NCBI GenBank assembly: GCA_963771175.1
Contig: CAVYSY010000045.1
Span: 96,001 to 160,000, forward strand
Source: an uncultured delta proteobacterium
Lineage (GTDB): Bacteria > Myxococcota > Myxococcia > Myxococcales > Myxococcaceae
Length of the DNA: 64,000 nucleotides
Direction: 5' to 3'
Positions 9,605-20,351 of this stretch are shown piece by piece. Each line of letters begins with the position of its first letter. The stretch's first letter is position 1. The notes beneath the pieces are model-generated. The model was not told the DNA's origin. It was given only the letters and a program-made list of their open reading frames with translations, and did not search any database. The translations under genes were made by a program, and so were the position numbers.

Positions 9605-11155
9605 ATGCCAGGTCCGTTCATCGAGGACGCGCAGCTCGTTCATGCGCGAAAGCTGGCGGAGGACATCACTGAGCCCATCTTCGAGCTCATCCGCCGCCAC
9701 ACCACTGTCTCCGTCGAGCGCACCGTGTTGCGTTTCTTCGGCATCTCGGATGCTGGAGCCGGAGGCGTGCCGCTCGCCAATCTGATGGTCGATCGGCTCA
9801 AGGAAGCCCGAGTCCTCAACAAGGGGGCGGCGTACTGGTACGGCCGCGCCCTGCAGATGGGGGCCCGCAGTCCCCTGGAGGCCGTGGAGCGCCTGACCGT
9901 GCTGCCCATGGAGAAGCTGGGGCCCCTCTCGCCGGAGATGGAGCACAACCTCCGCGAGGAGGTTCGCGCCGAGGCCCACGCGGCCATGGAGGACTTCAAG
10001 TCCCGCATCGCCCAGCGTGACGCGCTGCGCAAGGAGCTGGGCAGTGCCCCGGCGCCGCACAAGTACGTCATCGTGGCCACGGGCAACATCTACGACGACG
10101 TGGATCAGGCTCGGGCCGCCGCGCAGGCCGGCGCGGACATCATCGCGGTCATCCGCTCCACGGCGCAGTCGCTGCTGGACTACGTGCCCCACGGCGCCAC
10201 CACCGAGGGCTACGGCGGCACCTACGCCACCCAGGAGAACTTCCGCATCATGCGCGAGGCCCTGGATGACGAGAGCCGCAAGCTCAAGCGCTACATCCAG
10301 CTCACCAACTACTCGTCGGGCCTGTGCATGGCGGAGATCGCCTTCGCCGCGGCCTACGAGCGGCTGGACATGCTGCTCAACGACGCGATGTACGGAATCC
10401 TCTTCCGCGACATCAACATGCGGCGCACGTTCATCGACCAGTACTTCAGCCGCCGCATCTGCGCCCAGGCCGGCATCATCATCAACACCGGCGAGGACAA
10501 CTACATCACCACCGCGGACGCCTACGACGCGGCGCACACGGTCATCGCCAGCCAGTTCATCAACGAGTCCTTCGCCAAGCGCGCGGGCCTCGAGGACTGG
10601 CAGCTCGGCCTGGGGCACTCGTACGAGATCGACCCGTACCGGGCGGACACGCTCCTGTTGGAGCTGTCGCAGGCCATGCTCGTGCGGCGGTGCTTCCCCG
10701 ACGCGCCGCTCAAGTACATGCCGCCCACCAAGCACAAGGAGACGGACATCTTCTTCAGCCACGCGTACGACGTGATGGCGGACCTGGTGGCCATCTGGAC
10801 GCGGCAGGGCATCCAGCTCCTGGGGATGATGACCGAGGCCATGCACACGCCACTGCTGGCGGACCGGTACGTGGCGCTCAAGGCGGCCAGCTACATCTAC
10901 CGGGCGGCGGCGGGCATCGACGAGGAGTTCACCGTGCGCGAGGACGGGAAGATCGCCAACCGCGCGCGCGAGGTGTTCGCCAAGGCGATGGAGCTGCTGG
11001 AGGAGTGCCAGAAGGACGGCATGGTGGCGGCCATCGGCCGGGGCCACTTCGGCGACGTCAAGCGCGCCGAGACGGGTGGCAAGGGGCTGGATGGGGTCTT
11101 CGAGAAGGCGCCCGACTATTTCAACCCGTTCCAAGAGCTGCTGGAGGCGCCGTGA
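9605..11155 (+). CDS. kamD: Lysine 5,6-aminomutase alpha subunit
   Basis: HTTVSVERTVLR, YVIVATGNIYDD, IRSTAQSLLDYVP.GATTEGYGGTYATQENFR, KYMPPTK, GMMTEAMHTP. Confidence 0.96.
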   Translation: MPGPFIEDAQLVHARKLAEDITEPIFELIRRHTTVSVERTVLRFFGISDAGAGGVPLANLMVDRLKEARVLNKGAAYWYGRALQMGARSPLEAVERLTVLPMEKLGPLSPEMEHNLREEVRAEAHAAMEDFKSRIAQRDALRKELGSAPAPHKYVIVATGNIYDDVDQARAAAQAGADIIAVIRSTAQSLLDYVPHGATTEGYGGTYATQENFRIMREALDDESRKLKRYIQLTNYSSGLCMAEIAFAAAYERLDMLLNDAMYGILFRDINMRRTFIDQYFSRRICAQAGIIINTGEDNYITTADAYDAAHTVIASQFINESFAKRAGLEDWQLGLGHSYEIDPYRADTLLLELSQAMLVRRCFPDAPLKYMPPTKHKETDIFFSHAYDVMADLVAIWTRQGIQLLGMMTEAMHTPLLADRYVALKAASYIYRAAAGIDEEFTVREDGKIANRAREVFAKAMELLEECQKDGMVAAIGRGHFGDVKRAETGGKGLDGVFEKAPDYFNPFQELLEAP

Positions 11156-11643
11156 TGCTCGGCTCGTTGCTGGTGATGGTGCTCGCCGCCGGAGAGCCGG
11201 CGGAGACGCTGACGAAGTACGAGGTGAAGACGCTCGCGCTGCAGGTGCCCTCCGAGTGGAAGCAGTCCGAGGCGGATGGCACCCAGCGCTTCGACGACCC
11301 GTCCGGGGACGCGTACCTGTTGCTGGACGTGGGCTCGGTGCAGACGTCGGGGATGAAGGCCCGGGTGTGCCTGGAGAAGATCCTCGCCGCCATGGGCAAA
11401 GAGGATTGGAAGAAGCTCAAGTTGGGCAAGGCTCCCGCGGCGCGGCGCGTGAACACGGACACCACTCCGGATGGCGCCGAGTCCGTGGAGACCGTGACGT
11501 ACGTGGGCTGTGACGGGAAGACCACCTGGTCGCTCGTCTTCCACATGGACGTGAAGAAGAAGGACCGCTTCGAGGCGCTCGTGGCGAAGGTGGCCAACAG
11601 CGTCGCGTACTCGAAACCGTCCGTGAGCAAGAAGGGGAAGTAG
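11155..11643 (+). CDS. Secreted hypothetical protein (possibly PsbP/DcrB-like fold)
   Basis: ATG overlaps the kamD stop (TGATG); short hydrophobic signal; LQVPSEWK motif; normal codon bias. Confidence 0.7.
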   Translation: MLGSLLVMVLAAGEPAETLTKYEVKTLALQVPSEWKQSEADGTQRFDDPSGDAYLLLDVGSVQTSGMKARVCLEKILAAMGKEDWKKLKLGKAPAARRVNTDTTPDGAESVETVTYVGCDGKTTWSLVFHMDVKKKDRFEALVAKVANSVAYSKPSVSKKGK

Positions 11644-11648
11644 CCGCC

Positions 11649-12437
11649 ATGGCGACGAAGCCGACGAAGCAGATCATCCGCCCCTATGGCGACCGTCGTG
11701 ATGACGGCGTGGTGCAGCTCTCGTTCACGCTGCCGGTGCCGTTGTCGGAGAAGGCCAAGGAGGCCGCCGCCGTCTTCACCAAGAAGATGGGGTTCACCGA
11801 TGTGAAGGTGGCCGCCGCCGAGCGCGCCGCCGATACGTACACCTTCTTCATCGTGTACGCGCGCACCTCGATCTCGCTCGACTATGCGGAGATCGACGTG
11901 CCCGAGGTCGTGGTGAAGAAGCTGGGCTTCGATGACCTCAACGTGCTCATCAAGGACAAGGTGGGCCGGCGCATCGTGGTGTTCGGCGCCTGCACGGGCA
12001 CGGACACGCACACGGTGGGCATCGACGCCATCCTCAACATGAAGGGCTACGCGGGCGACTACGGTCTGGAGCGCTACCCCGGGTTCGAGGCCCACAACCT
12101 GGGCAGCCAGGTGCCCAACGAGGACCTCATCAAGAAGGCCCAGGCGCGCAACGCGGACGCCATCCTCGTGTCGCAGGTCGTCACCCAGCGTGACGTGCAC
12201 AAGGACAACTCGCGCCAGTTCATCGAGGCCGCCAAGGCCGCGGGCATCCACGGCAAGACGCTCCTGCTGCTGGGCGGGCCGCGCGTGGACCACAAGCTGG
12301 CGTTGGACCTGGGCTTCGACGCGGGCTTCGGCCCCGGCACCAAGCCCTCGGACGTGGCCAACTACATCGTGCACCAGGTCCTCCAGAAGGAAGGCAAGGA
12401 GGAGAAGAACATGCACTGGGAGGGGGAACCCAAGTGA
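11649..12437 (+). CDS. kamE: Lysine 5,6-aminomutase beta subunit (AdoCbl/PLP-binding)
   Basis: RPYGD...[13 protein letters not shown]; base-off B12 motif [10 protein letters not shown] followed by PLP lysine in [19 protein letters not shown]. Confidence 0.96.
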   Translation: MATKPTKQIIRPYGDRRDDGVVQLSFTLPVPLSEKAKEAAAVFTKKMGFTDVKVAAAERAADTYTFFIVYARTSISLDYAEIDVPEVVVKKLGFDDLNVLIKDKVGRRIVVFGACTGTDTHTVGIDAILNMKGYAGDYGLERYPGFEAHNLGSQVPNEDLIKKAQARNADAILVSQVVTQRDVHKDNSRQFIEAAKAAGIHGKTLLLLGGPRVDHKLALDLGFDAGFGPGTKPSDVANYIVHQVLQKEGKEEKNMHWEGEPK

Positions 12438-12829
12438 GTAACGTGAAGGCCGTCATCCGCCTGCGCATGAGCAGCCACGACGCGCACTACGGCGGCAACC
12501 TGGTGGACGGGGCCCGCATGCTGGGCCTGTTCGGCGACGTGGCCACCGAGCTGTGCATCCGCCTCGACGGGGACGAGGGCCTGTTCCGCGCCTATGACTC
12601 CGTGGAGTTCCTCGCGCCGGTGTACGCCGGGGACTTCATCGAGGCCGAGGGGGAGATCGTCCAGACGGGCAACACCTCGCGGAAGATGCGCTTCGAGGCG
12701 CGCAAGGTCATCCGCCCGCGTCCGGACGTGAACGACTCGGCGGCGGACGTGTTGCCGGAGCCGGTGGTGGTGTGTCGGGCTAGCGGCACCTGCGTGGTTC
12801 CCAAGGACAAACAGCGAGGCCAGCGATGA
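12434..12829 (+). CDS. kal: 3-aminobutyryl-CoA ammonia-lyase (hotdog fold)
   Basis: [53 protein letters not shown]. Confidence 0.93.
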   Translation: MSNVKAVIRLRMSSHDAHYGGNLVDGARMLGLFGDVATELCIRLDGDEGLFRAYDSVEFLAPVYAGDFIEAEGEIVQTGNTSRKMRFEARKVIRPRPDVNDSAADVLPEPVVVCRASGTCVVPKDKQRGQR

Positions 12830-13665
12830 GCACTCCCATGGTCATTACCGCGGCGATGATCGGCGCGGAGACGACGCGCGAGCAGACGCCCTACCTGCCC
12901 ATCAGCGCGGAGGAGATCGCCGAGGACGCGGCGAAGTGCCGGGAGGCCGGTGCGGCGATGGTGCACCTGCACGTGCGCACGCCGGACGGCAAGCCGTCGC
13001 AGGACACGGAGCTGTTCCGGGCGGCCATCCGGGCCATCCGCAAGCGGACGGACATCCTCATCCAGGTGTCCACGGGTGGCGCGGTGGGGATGGGCGTGGA
13101 CGAGCGCTGCGGCGGGCTGCGGCTGACCGGCGAGGATCGGCCGGACATGGCCACGCTGACGACGGGCACGGTGAACTTCGGCGACGAGGTGTTCTGGAAC
13201 CCGCGCCCGCTGGTGAGGGACATCGCCCGGCGCATCAAGGCGCTGGGCCTCCGGCCGGAGTTCGAGTGCTTCGACGTGGGCATGGTCGACGAGGCTCGGG
13301 CGCTGGCGAAGGAGGGGGTGGCGGAGCTGCCGGGTCACTTCGACTTCGTGCTGGGCGTGCCGGGAGCGCTGACGGCTCGCGAGGACGCGCTGGACTTCAT
13401 GATCAAGTCCCTGCCCGAGGCGAGCACCTGGACGGTGGCGGGCGTGGGGCGGCACCAGTTGCCGTTCGTGGAGCTGGCGGCGGAGCGGGGCGGTAACGCG
13501 CGCGTGGGGCTCGAGGACAACATCTACGTGTCCAAGGGCGTGCTGGCGAAGGGCAACTGGGAGCTGGTGGCGGAGGCGGCGAAGCGGGCGAAGGCGAAGG
13601 GCCGCACCCTGGCCACCCCGCAGGAGGCCCGCAAGCTGCTGCGTCTGGACGTGCCCACCGCCTGA
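12826..13665 (+). CDS. kce: 3-keto-5-aminohexanoate cleavage enzyme
   Basis: [38 protein letters not shown]; pathway context. Confidence 0.93.
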   Translation: MSTPMVITAAMIGAETTREQTPYLPISAEEIAEDAAKCREAGAAMVHLHVRTPDGKPSQDTELFRAAIRAIRKRTDILIQVSTGGAVGMGVDERCGGLRLTGEDRPDMATLTTGTVNFGDEVFWNPRPLVRDIARRIKALGLRPEFECFDVGMVDEARALAKEGVAELPGHFDFVLGVPGALTAREDALDFMIKSLPEASTWTVAGVGRHQLPFVELAAERGGNARVGLEDNIYVSKGVLAKGNWELVAEAAKRAKAKGRTLATPQEARKLLRLDVPTA

Positions 13666-13748
13666 GCGGAGGTGGACCCTACCTCTCCCGTCAGACCTTC
13701 CTGTAGAATGTGAGCAGTCAGGCAGGAAGGTCTGGGAGAGGAGCGGGT

Positions 13749-14333
13749 ATGGGTCGGGTCAAGCGTCCAGCCACCTACGAGGACATCGAGGCATTACCGC
13801 CGGGGTGGGTGGGGGAGCTCATCGATGACGAGCTGTGGGCCTTCCCACGGCCGGCGTCGTGGCATGGATGGGTGGCGTCGGTGCTGGGGGGAATGCTGGG
13901 GAATTCGTTCAGCTATGGAAGGGGAGGGCCGGGCGGTTGGTGGATCATCGACGAGCCGGAGTTGCACTTCGGCCGGCAGGTGCTCGTGCCTGACCTGGCG
14001 GGCTGGCGTCAGGAGCGCGCACCCGGGCTGCTCGAGCGAGAGGTGCCCTTCTTCGAGCTGGCGCCCGACTGGGTCTGCGAGGTGCTGTCCCCCTCGACGG
14101 CCGCGTTGGACCGAGGGCGCAAGCTGTCCGTCTACTACCAGGAGGGCGTGAGCCACGCGTGGTTGGTGGACCCGAGGGCCCACACCCTGGAGGTCTACCG
14201 CCGGGGAGCGCGAGGCTGGCGGTTCGCCCGGTACGGGGGTGAGGACGTGGTCCGCGCCGAGCCGTTCGATGCCGAGCCGCTCGACCTGGGGCGGCTCTGG
14301 GCTCCGGGCTCCACCCGGTCGCCCGTGCCCTGA
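13749..14333 (+). CDS. Uma2-family (DUF820) restriction-endonuclease-like protein
   Basis: ATYEDIEALP, GGWWIIDEPELH, VPDLAGWR, APDWVCEVLSPST, WLVDP; GGAG-type RBS upstream. Confidence 0.92.
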   Translation: MGRVKRPATYEDIEALPPGWVGELIDDELWAFPRPASWHGWVASVLGGMLGNSFSYGRGGPGGWWIIDEPELHFGRQVLVPDLAGWRQERAPGLLEREVPFFELAPDWVCEVLSPSTAALDRGRKLSVYYQEGVSHAWLVDPRAHTLEVYRRGARGWRFARYGGEDVVRAEPFDAEPLDLGRLWAPGSTRSPVP

Positions 14334-14343
14334 GTCCTTGGGT

Positions 14344-15081
14344 TCACGGGCCAGCGGGGCCCTGGAATCCCTTCGCGCGGAAGGTCAGGACCAGCGTGTC
14401 CCGGTGCCCCCGGTCGGCCAGCGGCTGGATCGGCGTGCTCTCGTGGATGACGCGCTCGTCGTCGAGCAGGAGCACCGACCACGGCTCGGTCAGGGTGAAG
14501 CGGATGCCGTGCGGGCCGGCGGCCTCGAACACGCGCGTCTCGCCGCCCTTGATGCCCTCGCGCCCGACGAGCAGCACGGCGACGAAGTCCACACCGTCGC
14601 GGTGCGCGCCCTCGGGCGTCGGCCGGCCGATGCCGTCCGTCGTGTCGATGCGGAACTGGTGCGCCTCGACGAACCACGGCTGTGGCCCCTTCATCGCGGA
14701 GCAGCACGCGGCGAGCCCGCGCAGCAACTGCGGCCAGACCGGCTGCGCGACAACGGCTGGCATCATCGGCTCGAACCAGCGCTCCAGTCCGCCGTGCAGC
14801 GCGTTGTATTCGATCGGCTGCCAGTGCGCGCGGTGCGGCACCGGGCTGACCGACGCGCCCTCGACGACGAAGCACGAGTGCCGGCGCGAGCGATAGCGGC
14901 CGCCGTCGCGCAGGTAGGCGTCGGGCGGCAGGTCGTTCCAGGTCGGACGCAGGGCCTCGAGCGCGGCGGCCGGGGTGCCCACCAGCTCGCACAGGCCCGT
15001 GCGGCTGAGGACGGCGTAGCCGCGGTCGCGCAGGACGGCGGTGAGTTCGGAAGGCGGTGTGACGGGCGGCGAGAGACTCAT
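14344..15081 (-). CDS. 2OG-Fe(II) dioxygenase family protein
   Basis: DAYLRDGGRYR.RR, EAHQFRI, PTPEGAHRDG (HxD), VIHESTP, RDTLVLT. Confidence 0.85.
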   Translation of the reverse strand: MSLSPPVTPPSELTAVLRDRGYAVLSRTGLCELVGTPAAALEALRPTWNDLPPDAYLRDGGRYRSRRHSCFVVEGASVSPVPHRAHWQPIEYNALHGGLERWFEPMMPAVVAQPVWPQLLRGLAACCSAMKGPQPWFVEAHQFRIDTTDGIGRPTPEGAHRDGVDFVAVLLVGREGIKGGETRVFEAAGPHGIRFTLTEPWSVLLLDDERVIHESTPIQPLADRGHRDTLVLTFRAKGFQGPAGP

Positions 15082-15182
15082 GGGGGCGGTGTAACCATCG
15101 CCGGGCGGTGCCTGCTTGGAAAGAGCCTTGGCGGGTCCTGGCTGGACTCAACCCCCGCTCCCTCTGCTAGAGGGCAACACCT

Positions 15183-15959
15183 ATGGATACGGAACTGCGC
15201 GGAAAGGGTGTCCTCGTCACGGGAGGAGCGGGTGGCATCGGGAGCGCGGTGGTGCGCGCCTTCGCGGAGGAGGGGGCGAAGGTGGCGGTGCATTACCACC
15301 AGAGCGCCGAGAAGGCCGAGTCCCTGGCGAAGGAGCTGGGCGGAGCCGCGCTGAAGGCCGACCTGACGTCCGAGCCTGACGTGGACGCGCTGGTGCCGGC
15401 GGCGGTGAAGGCGCTGGGTCGGCTGGACGTACTGGTGGCGAACGCGGGCGTGTGGCCGCCGCCGGACGAGGGCGTGTGGCAGATGTCGCTGGAGCGCTGG
15501 CGCCGGACGCTGGCGGAGAACCTGGACAGCGTGTTCCTGAGCTGCCGGGCGTTCCTGCGCCATGTGGCGACGACGGGGACGGGGAACATCATCCTCATCA
15601 GCTCGACGGCGGGGCTGTTCGGCGAGGCGGGACACTCGGACTACGCGGCGGCGAAGGGCGCGCTGGCGAGCGGGTTCCTCAAGAGCCTGAAGAATGAAAT
15701 CACCCGCATCGCGCCGCTGGGCCGGGTGAACACGGTGTGCCCGGGGTGGACGGCGGTGGACCGGCACAAGGACAAGCTGGAGAACCCGGCGTTCATCAAC
15801 CGGGTGACTCGGACGATGCCGCTGCGCAAGGTGGGCCGTCCCGAGGACGTGGCGCGGGTGGTGGTGACGCTGGCATCCGACCGCATCTCCGGCCACGTCA
15901 CGGGCGAGGTCATCACCGTGGCGGGAGGCATGGAGGGCCGCGTCCTGCACGAGACCTGA
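15183..15959 (+). CDS. SDR-family oxidoreductase
   Basis: TGGAGGIG, LVANAG, YAAAK, VNTVCPG. Confidence 0.92.
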   Translation: MDTELRGKGVLVTGGAGGIGSAVVRAFAEEGAKVAVHYHQSAEKAESLAKELGGAALKADLTSEPDVDALVPAAVKALGRLDVLVANAGVWPPPDEGVWQMSLERWRRTLAENLDSVFLSCRAFLRHVATTGTGNIILISSTAGLFGEAGHSDYAAAKGALASGFLKSLKNEITRIAPLGRVNTVCPGWTAVDRHKDKLENPAFINRVTRTMPLRKVGRPEDVARVVVTLASDRISGHVTGEVITVAGGMEGRVLHET

Positions 15960-15985
15960 GCCCATGCGGCTGGAGCGAGCCGACA

Positions 15986-16905
15986 TCACCGTCGCTCTTC
16001 GTCGACCTGGCCATTCGCGAGGATGACCCAGCGGTAGTCATCGTCGCAGGCTCGGCACGCCTTGAACCAGGAGCCCTCGGTGATGAGGGTGCGCTTGTGC
16101 TCCACCAGCCAGGCCCAGGTGTGGTCACGCACATGCCCGAGCCGTCCCTCTCCCGCGCACGTCGTTCACGCACGGCATCAGCTCTCCTTCCACCGTGATG
16201 AACGTGACAGCTCCGAAGATGCCGCATCCCTGGCAGCCATTCGCTGGTCGATGCGAAGTGACGACTCCCCCACGCGTGTGGAGGCGCCGGTAGAAGAAGT
16301 CGAAGCCGAGCTCCGTGGCCCAGTTTCTAACGGCATCCCGGCCGTGGGCGTTGTTGGGCGTCTCCACGAAGTTCACACGGACTCTCAGGTGCTCCGGACG
16401 GAGAGTCGCGGAGATGCTCGAGGTTCTCCCGGACTTGTTCGGGTTTCGCGCCGCGCGTGACGATGGGGGCGAGCTCCCGCGCATCCAGACCATGAACGCT
16501 CACCTGGAACTGCGCCAGTCCCGCGGCGATCAGCTTCCGCTGCCGGTCTGGCGTCAGACGGATGCCGTTGGTGATCGCACAAGGAGAGAAGCCCCGTGCC
16601 GAGAGCGCTTCGACGAAGGACTCCAATCGCGGGTGCAGGAGCGCGTCGCCGAGCCCGCTGAACATCACCACGGCGTTGTCGGGCAGGAACGCCAGGATCT
16701 CCTGGAAGGTGCTCTCCAACATCAATCCCTTCGGGCGCGTCATCTCCTCTCGGGGGCAGAACGAGCAGACGATGTTGCAGGCCGAGGCGAGCTCGATGTC
16801 GAACAAGGGGGCCTGCTCGAGCAGGGCAAGGTTTGCTGCCCGTCGCCGCTCCTCGGACCAGGCCTGCACGGTGGCGACGAGAGCATCGGTCCGCTCAGCG
16901 TCCAT
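15986..16905 (-). CDS. Radical SAM/SPASM(Twitch) protein; about 2 frameshifts
   Basis: CNIVCSFC, FSGLGDALLHP, ITNG, QVSVHG; C-terminal GC..F...FITVEGELMPC.ND ... CRAC reconstructed across frames; stop at 15986. Confidence 0.85.
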
Positions 16906-18079
16906 GGCGTCTTCCCGTGAGGTCGAACTGCCGCATCCGTCCACTCCATCGCACCGGCGAGACGACACCTGCCCCGTGCCGAGCCCTCCACGTGGGCGAC
17001 AGGAAGTTCTCGCGGTCATAGGGCACGGAGGCGTGTTCCTCGGACTTCTGGCAGTTCATTCCGCACCCGTCGCAGTGCCACTCCAACCGTCCTACGGAGA
17101 ATCCTCGCCGGATCCTCCGGTAGAGGGGGCCGTTCCAGATGGTGGTGAAGGGCTCGTTCAGGATGTTGCCCGCTGCGTCGCCTCCATGGGAGTGGCAGGC
17201 CAGCACGGCACCGTCGATGTCGATCCAGGTCTCGTGCCAGGGGAGGTGGCAGGCCGTGGCCTCCAGCGCGGCCGTTGCCGCCGGGGCTTCGGGCTCGGCG
17301 CATTCGAGGGCGATTCCCAGGCGTTCTCCTTCCCGCACGGCTTCTTCCAGCACGGGAGGCCACACGGAGAGGTCGTGCATCAGGGACTCGTCATCCAGCT
17401 CTTCCGTGAACGAGAAGAGGTGGTAGGCCTTCACGCGGTGGGCTCCGAGCTCCGCGGCGAGGCGCACCAACGCGGGCAGCTCCCGGTAGTTCGAGCGCAT
17501 GAGCGTCATCTGCAAGGAGATGGTCGGACGCGCGGGCGCATCGCGCAGGGCATCCACCAGTCGGCGGACATTGGCGCGGATGGCGTCGAAGCTCGCGCCA
17601 CGGCGGAGCCGTTCGAACGTCTCGCGGCTCGCGCCGTCGAAGGACACCTTCACATCTCGGGCGATGGGCTGCATCCAGGCGATGCGCTCGGGCGTGAGCA
17701 GCGTACCGTTGGTCGTGAGATCGAGCAGCACTCCATGGCGCTCCATTTCCCCACACAGCCTGGAGAAGAGCGGCCAGGTGAGCGGCTCGCCGAGGTTGGT
17801 CGGGTGGAGCTCCGTCAGGGTGGGGAACAGCTCGGCTACCACTCGCTCCAGCACTCGCTCGTCCATCCGCGGTTTCTTGCTCGCGCGCGGAATCTGGCAG
17901 ATGCGGGCAGTCGAGGTTGCAGCTATCGGTGGTCTGGAGGGTCAGCTTGACGGGTAGGGCGTCCAGCACCTCCGCGTGGGCCTGGTGGGCCTCGTCCCCG
18001 CGCCGCAGGTATGTCCATCATCTCGCGCATGGAGCGGGTGCCGGGAGTCCAGCTTCTCAGGGGCGATATAGGGATCCAT
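16895..18079 (-). CDS. Radical SAM/SPASM protein; frameshifted, start uncertain (18079 or 18030)
   Basis: CNLDCPH[C] split by an indel, NLGEPL, LTTNGT, VSFDGA; SPASM CHLPW...DGAVLAC...GNI...IWNG...CDGC. Confidence 0.88.
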
Positions 18080-19713
18080 CGATGACTACTCCATCCAGTC
18101 CGAGCCGGTGGGCACAGGGAAGCGCATCCTCTGGCCGATGCACGATAGGCTCTCCCGGACCGTTGAAGGAGGTGTTGATGAGACCGGCGATTCCGTGCCG
18201 CCGCCACAGCCGCGTGAGCAGGGCGCACAGGAACGTCTGATCGTGATCATCCTCCCGGATGACCTGGGCCCGAAGCGAGCCGTCCGCGTGGAGGACGCCC
18301 GCGAACCGTGCTTCCCACTCAGGCCGCAGTCGCCATGCGCCGAGCATGAACGGTGCGAGGTGACTTCGCGCCACCTCTCCGCCGAAGGCTTGTTCGGCGA
18401 CTTCCCGCAGGAGCACGGGGGCCACTGGCCGATACCACTCCCGCCTCTTGAGGGTCTCACTGGACACGTCGCCGGAGCTCGGCGCGATCCGGCCGGGCCA
18501 GGATGCTCCGATGTCCGAGGGCGCGCGGGCCGATCTCGGCCGCACCATTGCAAACGCCGATGACCCTGCCCTCGGCCAGCAAGTCCGCGATCGTGTCCAC
18601 CTCCTGGAGTGGCGTGTCACCCGGACCGGTCCTCGTGCGCCCGAGGAAGGGCCCGTGGAGTGCCACCTCACCGTGTTCGAGGAACTCGACCCAGGCCGCC
18701 GCTCCCAGTGCGAGCCCGGTGTCATTGGTGCAGGGCGGAACGTGCACCGTCTGGAATGCGCCCGAGGCCTCGAGGCGGGCGTTGGTGGGGATGTTCAGCG
18801 CCGCGCCCCCCGCGTAGTAGATGACGGGCGCCAGTGCGGCGCTGCCAGTCGAGGAGCTCCGCGCTGACACTCTCCTCGAAGTGGTGTTGGAGCGTCGCGC
18901 AGAGATCTCGACAGAGTTCCTCATGTGGCTCGAAGGTGGACCACCGGGTGCCGAACCGCCGGTTGACGAGCTCGAGCAGCCTCGCCGGGTCCTCGGGCCC
19001 TTCGAGGAAGAAGCGGTGCTCCTCCAGCCAGGAGAGGAGTGAAGGGGCGGGGGTGCCGTGGCCCGCGTAGCCCATCAGCTTTCCCGGAATGGTCAGGTGC
19101 TCGTGGCTCCCGAACCCGAGGATGGCCCTGACCAGGGGGTTGACGTTGAAGTTGTTCACTGGGGCCTTCAGCCGGTCCCAGGAGGACTCCAGCAGCCGCG
19201 CCTCGCGTCCATCCCACCACCAGAAGGAGCATGCGGAATCCGAGGCGCCGCCGTCGATGTGCGCCAGCAGGCTCTGGGGCTCGAAGCGCCCGACGAAGGG
19301 GAGCAGGCTGGCGACATGGGCGAATTCATGACAGAGCGCCCAACCCGTGGCGGTGCGTGGCCGGAGACCGTCTGGATACCACCGCACCCTGGCTGGCACC
19401 GGCCGTGCGTCGATGCCGACCGCCGCAGTGGGTTCGATTCGGAGGTTGCCATCCGCCGTCTGGAAGCCATCGCCGACGAACGCGTTGACCGAGACGAAGC
19501 GGACCGGCTCGTCCCCGATGCCCACCGCCTCGAGCAACTCGTGCAGATACTGGTCGAGCCGGTTGTCGTGCTTGCGCCGGGTCCACCGTTCCAGCGACAG
19601 CACCGTCTCCACGCGCCCTTCCCGGGCATCACCGCGAGGCCGTGGTCATGGGTGTAGGTGGGTGCCGTGCCGTGCGAGGTATCTCGAATCCCATAGAGCC
19701 CGACAGTCACCAT
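18057..19713 (-). CDS. Carbamoyltransferase (NodU/CmcH/TobZ family); frameshifted
   Basis: [100 protein letters not shown]. Confidence 0.92.
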
Positions 19714-20351
19714 GGCTCCACCGCCCTGTGCTCTCCGCGCCAGATACAGCGCAGGCCGCCGCCGAGCCGCTGGATGGCGAATCCATCGAGCGGCGCCAGC
19801 CAGGTTCCTGTGAATTGCTCGCCGGAGAGCGGAGCGATGGCGGGCATCAGCACCGAGTCATGGGTGATGCACACGCCACTGCCCCTTCTCGCGTCGAGGC
19901 GATCGAGCGCCGCTGACAGCAGCAACCGGGTTCCCTCTCCAGCCGCGCGGACGAAGGGCCAGCGCCGCCCGGAGAGCTGCGCGCGGACGACCCCTTCGGT
20001 GCCCAGCTCGGCGAACAGGCGCGCCCCCTCGGTCCGGTCCATCACCCAGGGGCCAGGCGAGCCCAGCCGGGTGTCCACCTCCACGCTGCTCGTTCCCGGC
20101 CGCTCCGCGAGCGCCTCCGCCGTGCGCCGGCACCGGAGGAAGGGGCTGATGGCGGCCCAGGAGATTCGCGTGCGAAGCCTGTGTCCGAGCTCCAGGGCGG
20201 CTTCGTGGCCAGCGGGAGTGAGGTCGACATCGGCGTAGGGCTCCTCGGGAGGGAGGGGGGCCCGCTCCGCGTGGCGCAGGAACAAGGTGAAGGGGGCGGA
20301 GGGGTCCAGGGCATTGAGCGTACGGACGAGTCCCTCGGGCAGGAGGGTCAT
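19707..20351 (-). CDS. Histidine phosphatase superfamily protein
   Basis: LFLRHAER, SPFLRCRRTA, ITHD; overlaps both neighbouring genes. Confidence 0.88.
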   Translation of the reverse strand: MTLLPEGLVRTLNALDPSAPFTLFLRHAERAPLPPEEPYADVDLTPAGHEAALELGHRLRTRISWAAISPFLRCRRTAEALAERPGTSSVEVDTRLGSPGPWVMDRTEGARLFAELGTEGVVRAQLSGRRWPFVRAAGEGTRLLLSAALDRLDARRGSGVCITHDSVLMPAIAPLSGEQFTGTWLAPLDGFAIQRLGGGLRCIWRGEHRAVEPW

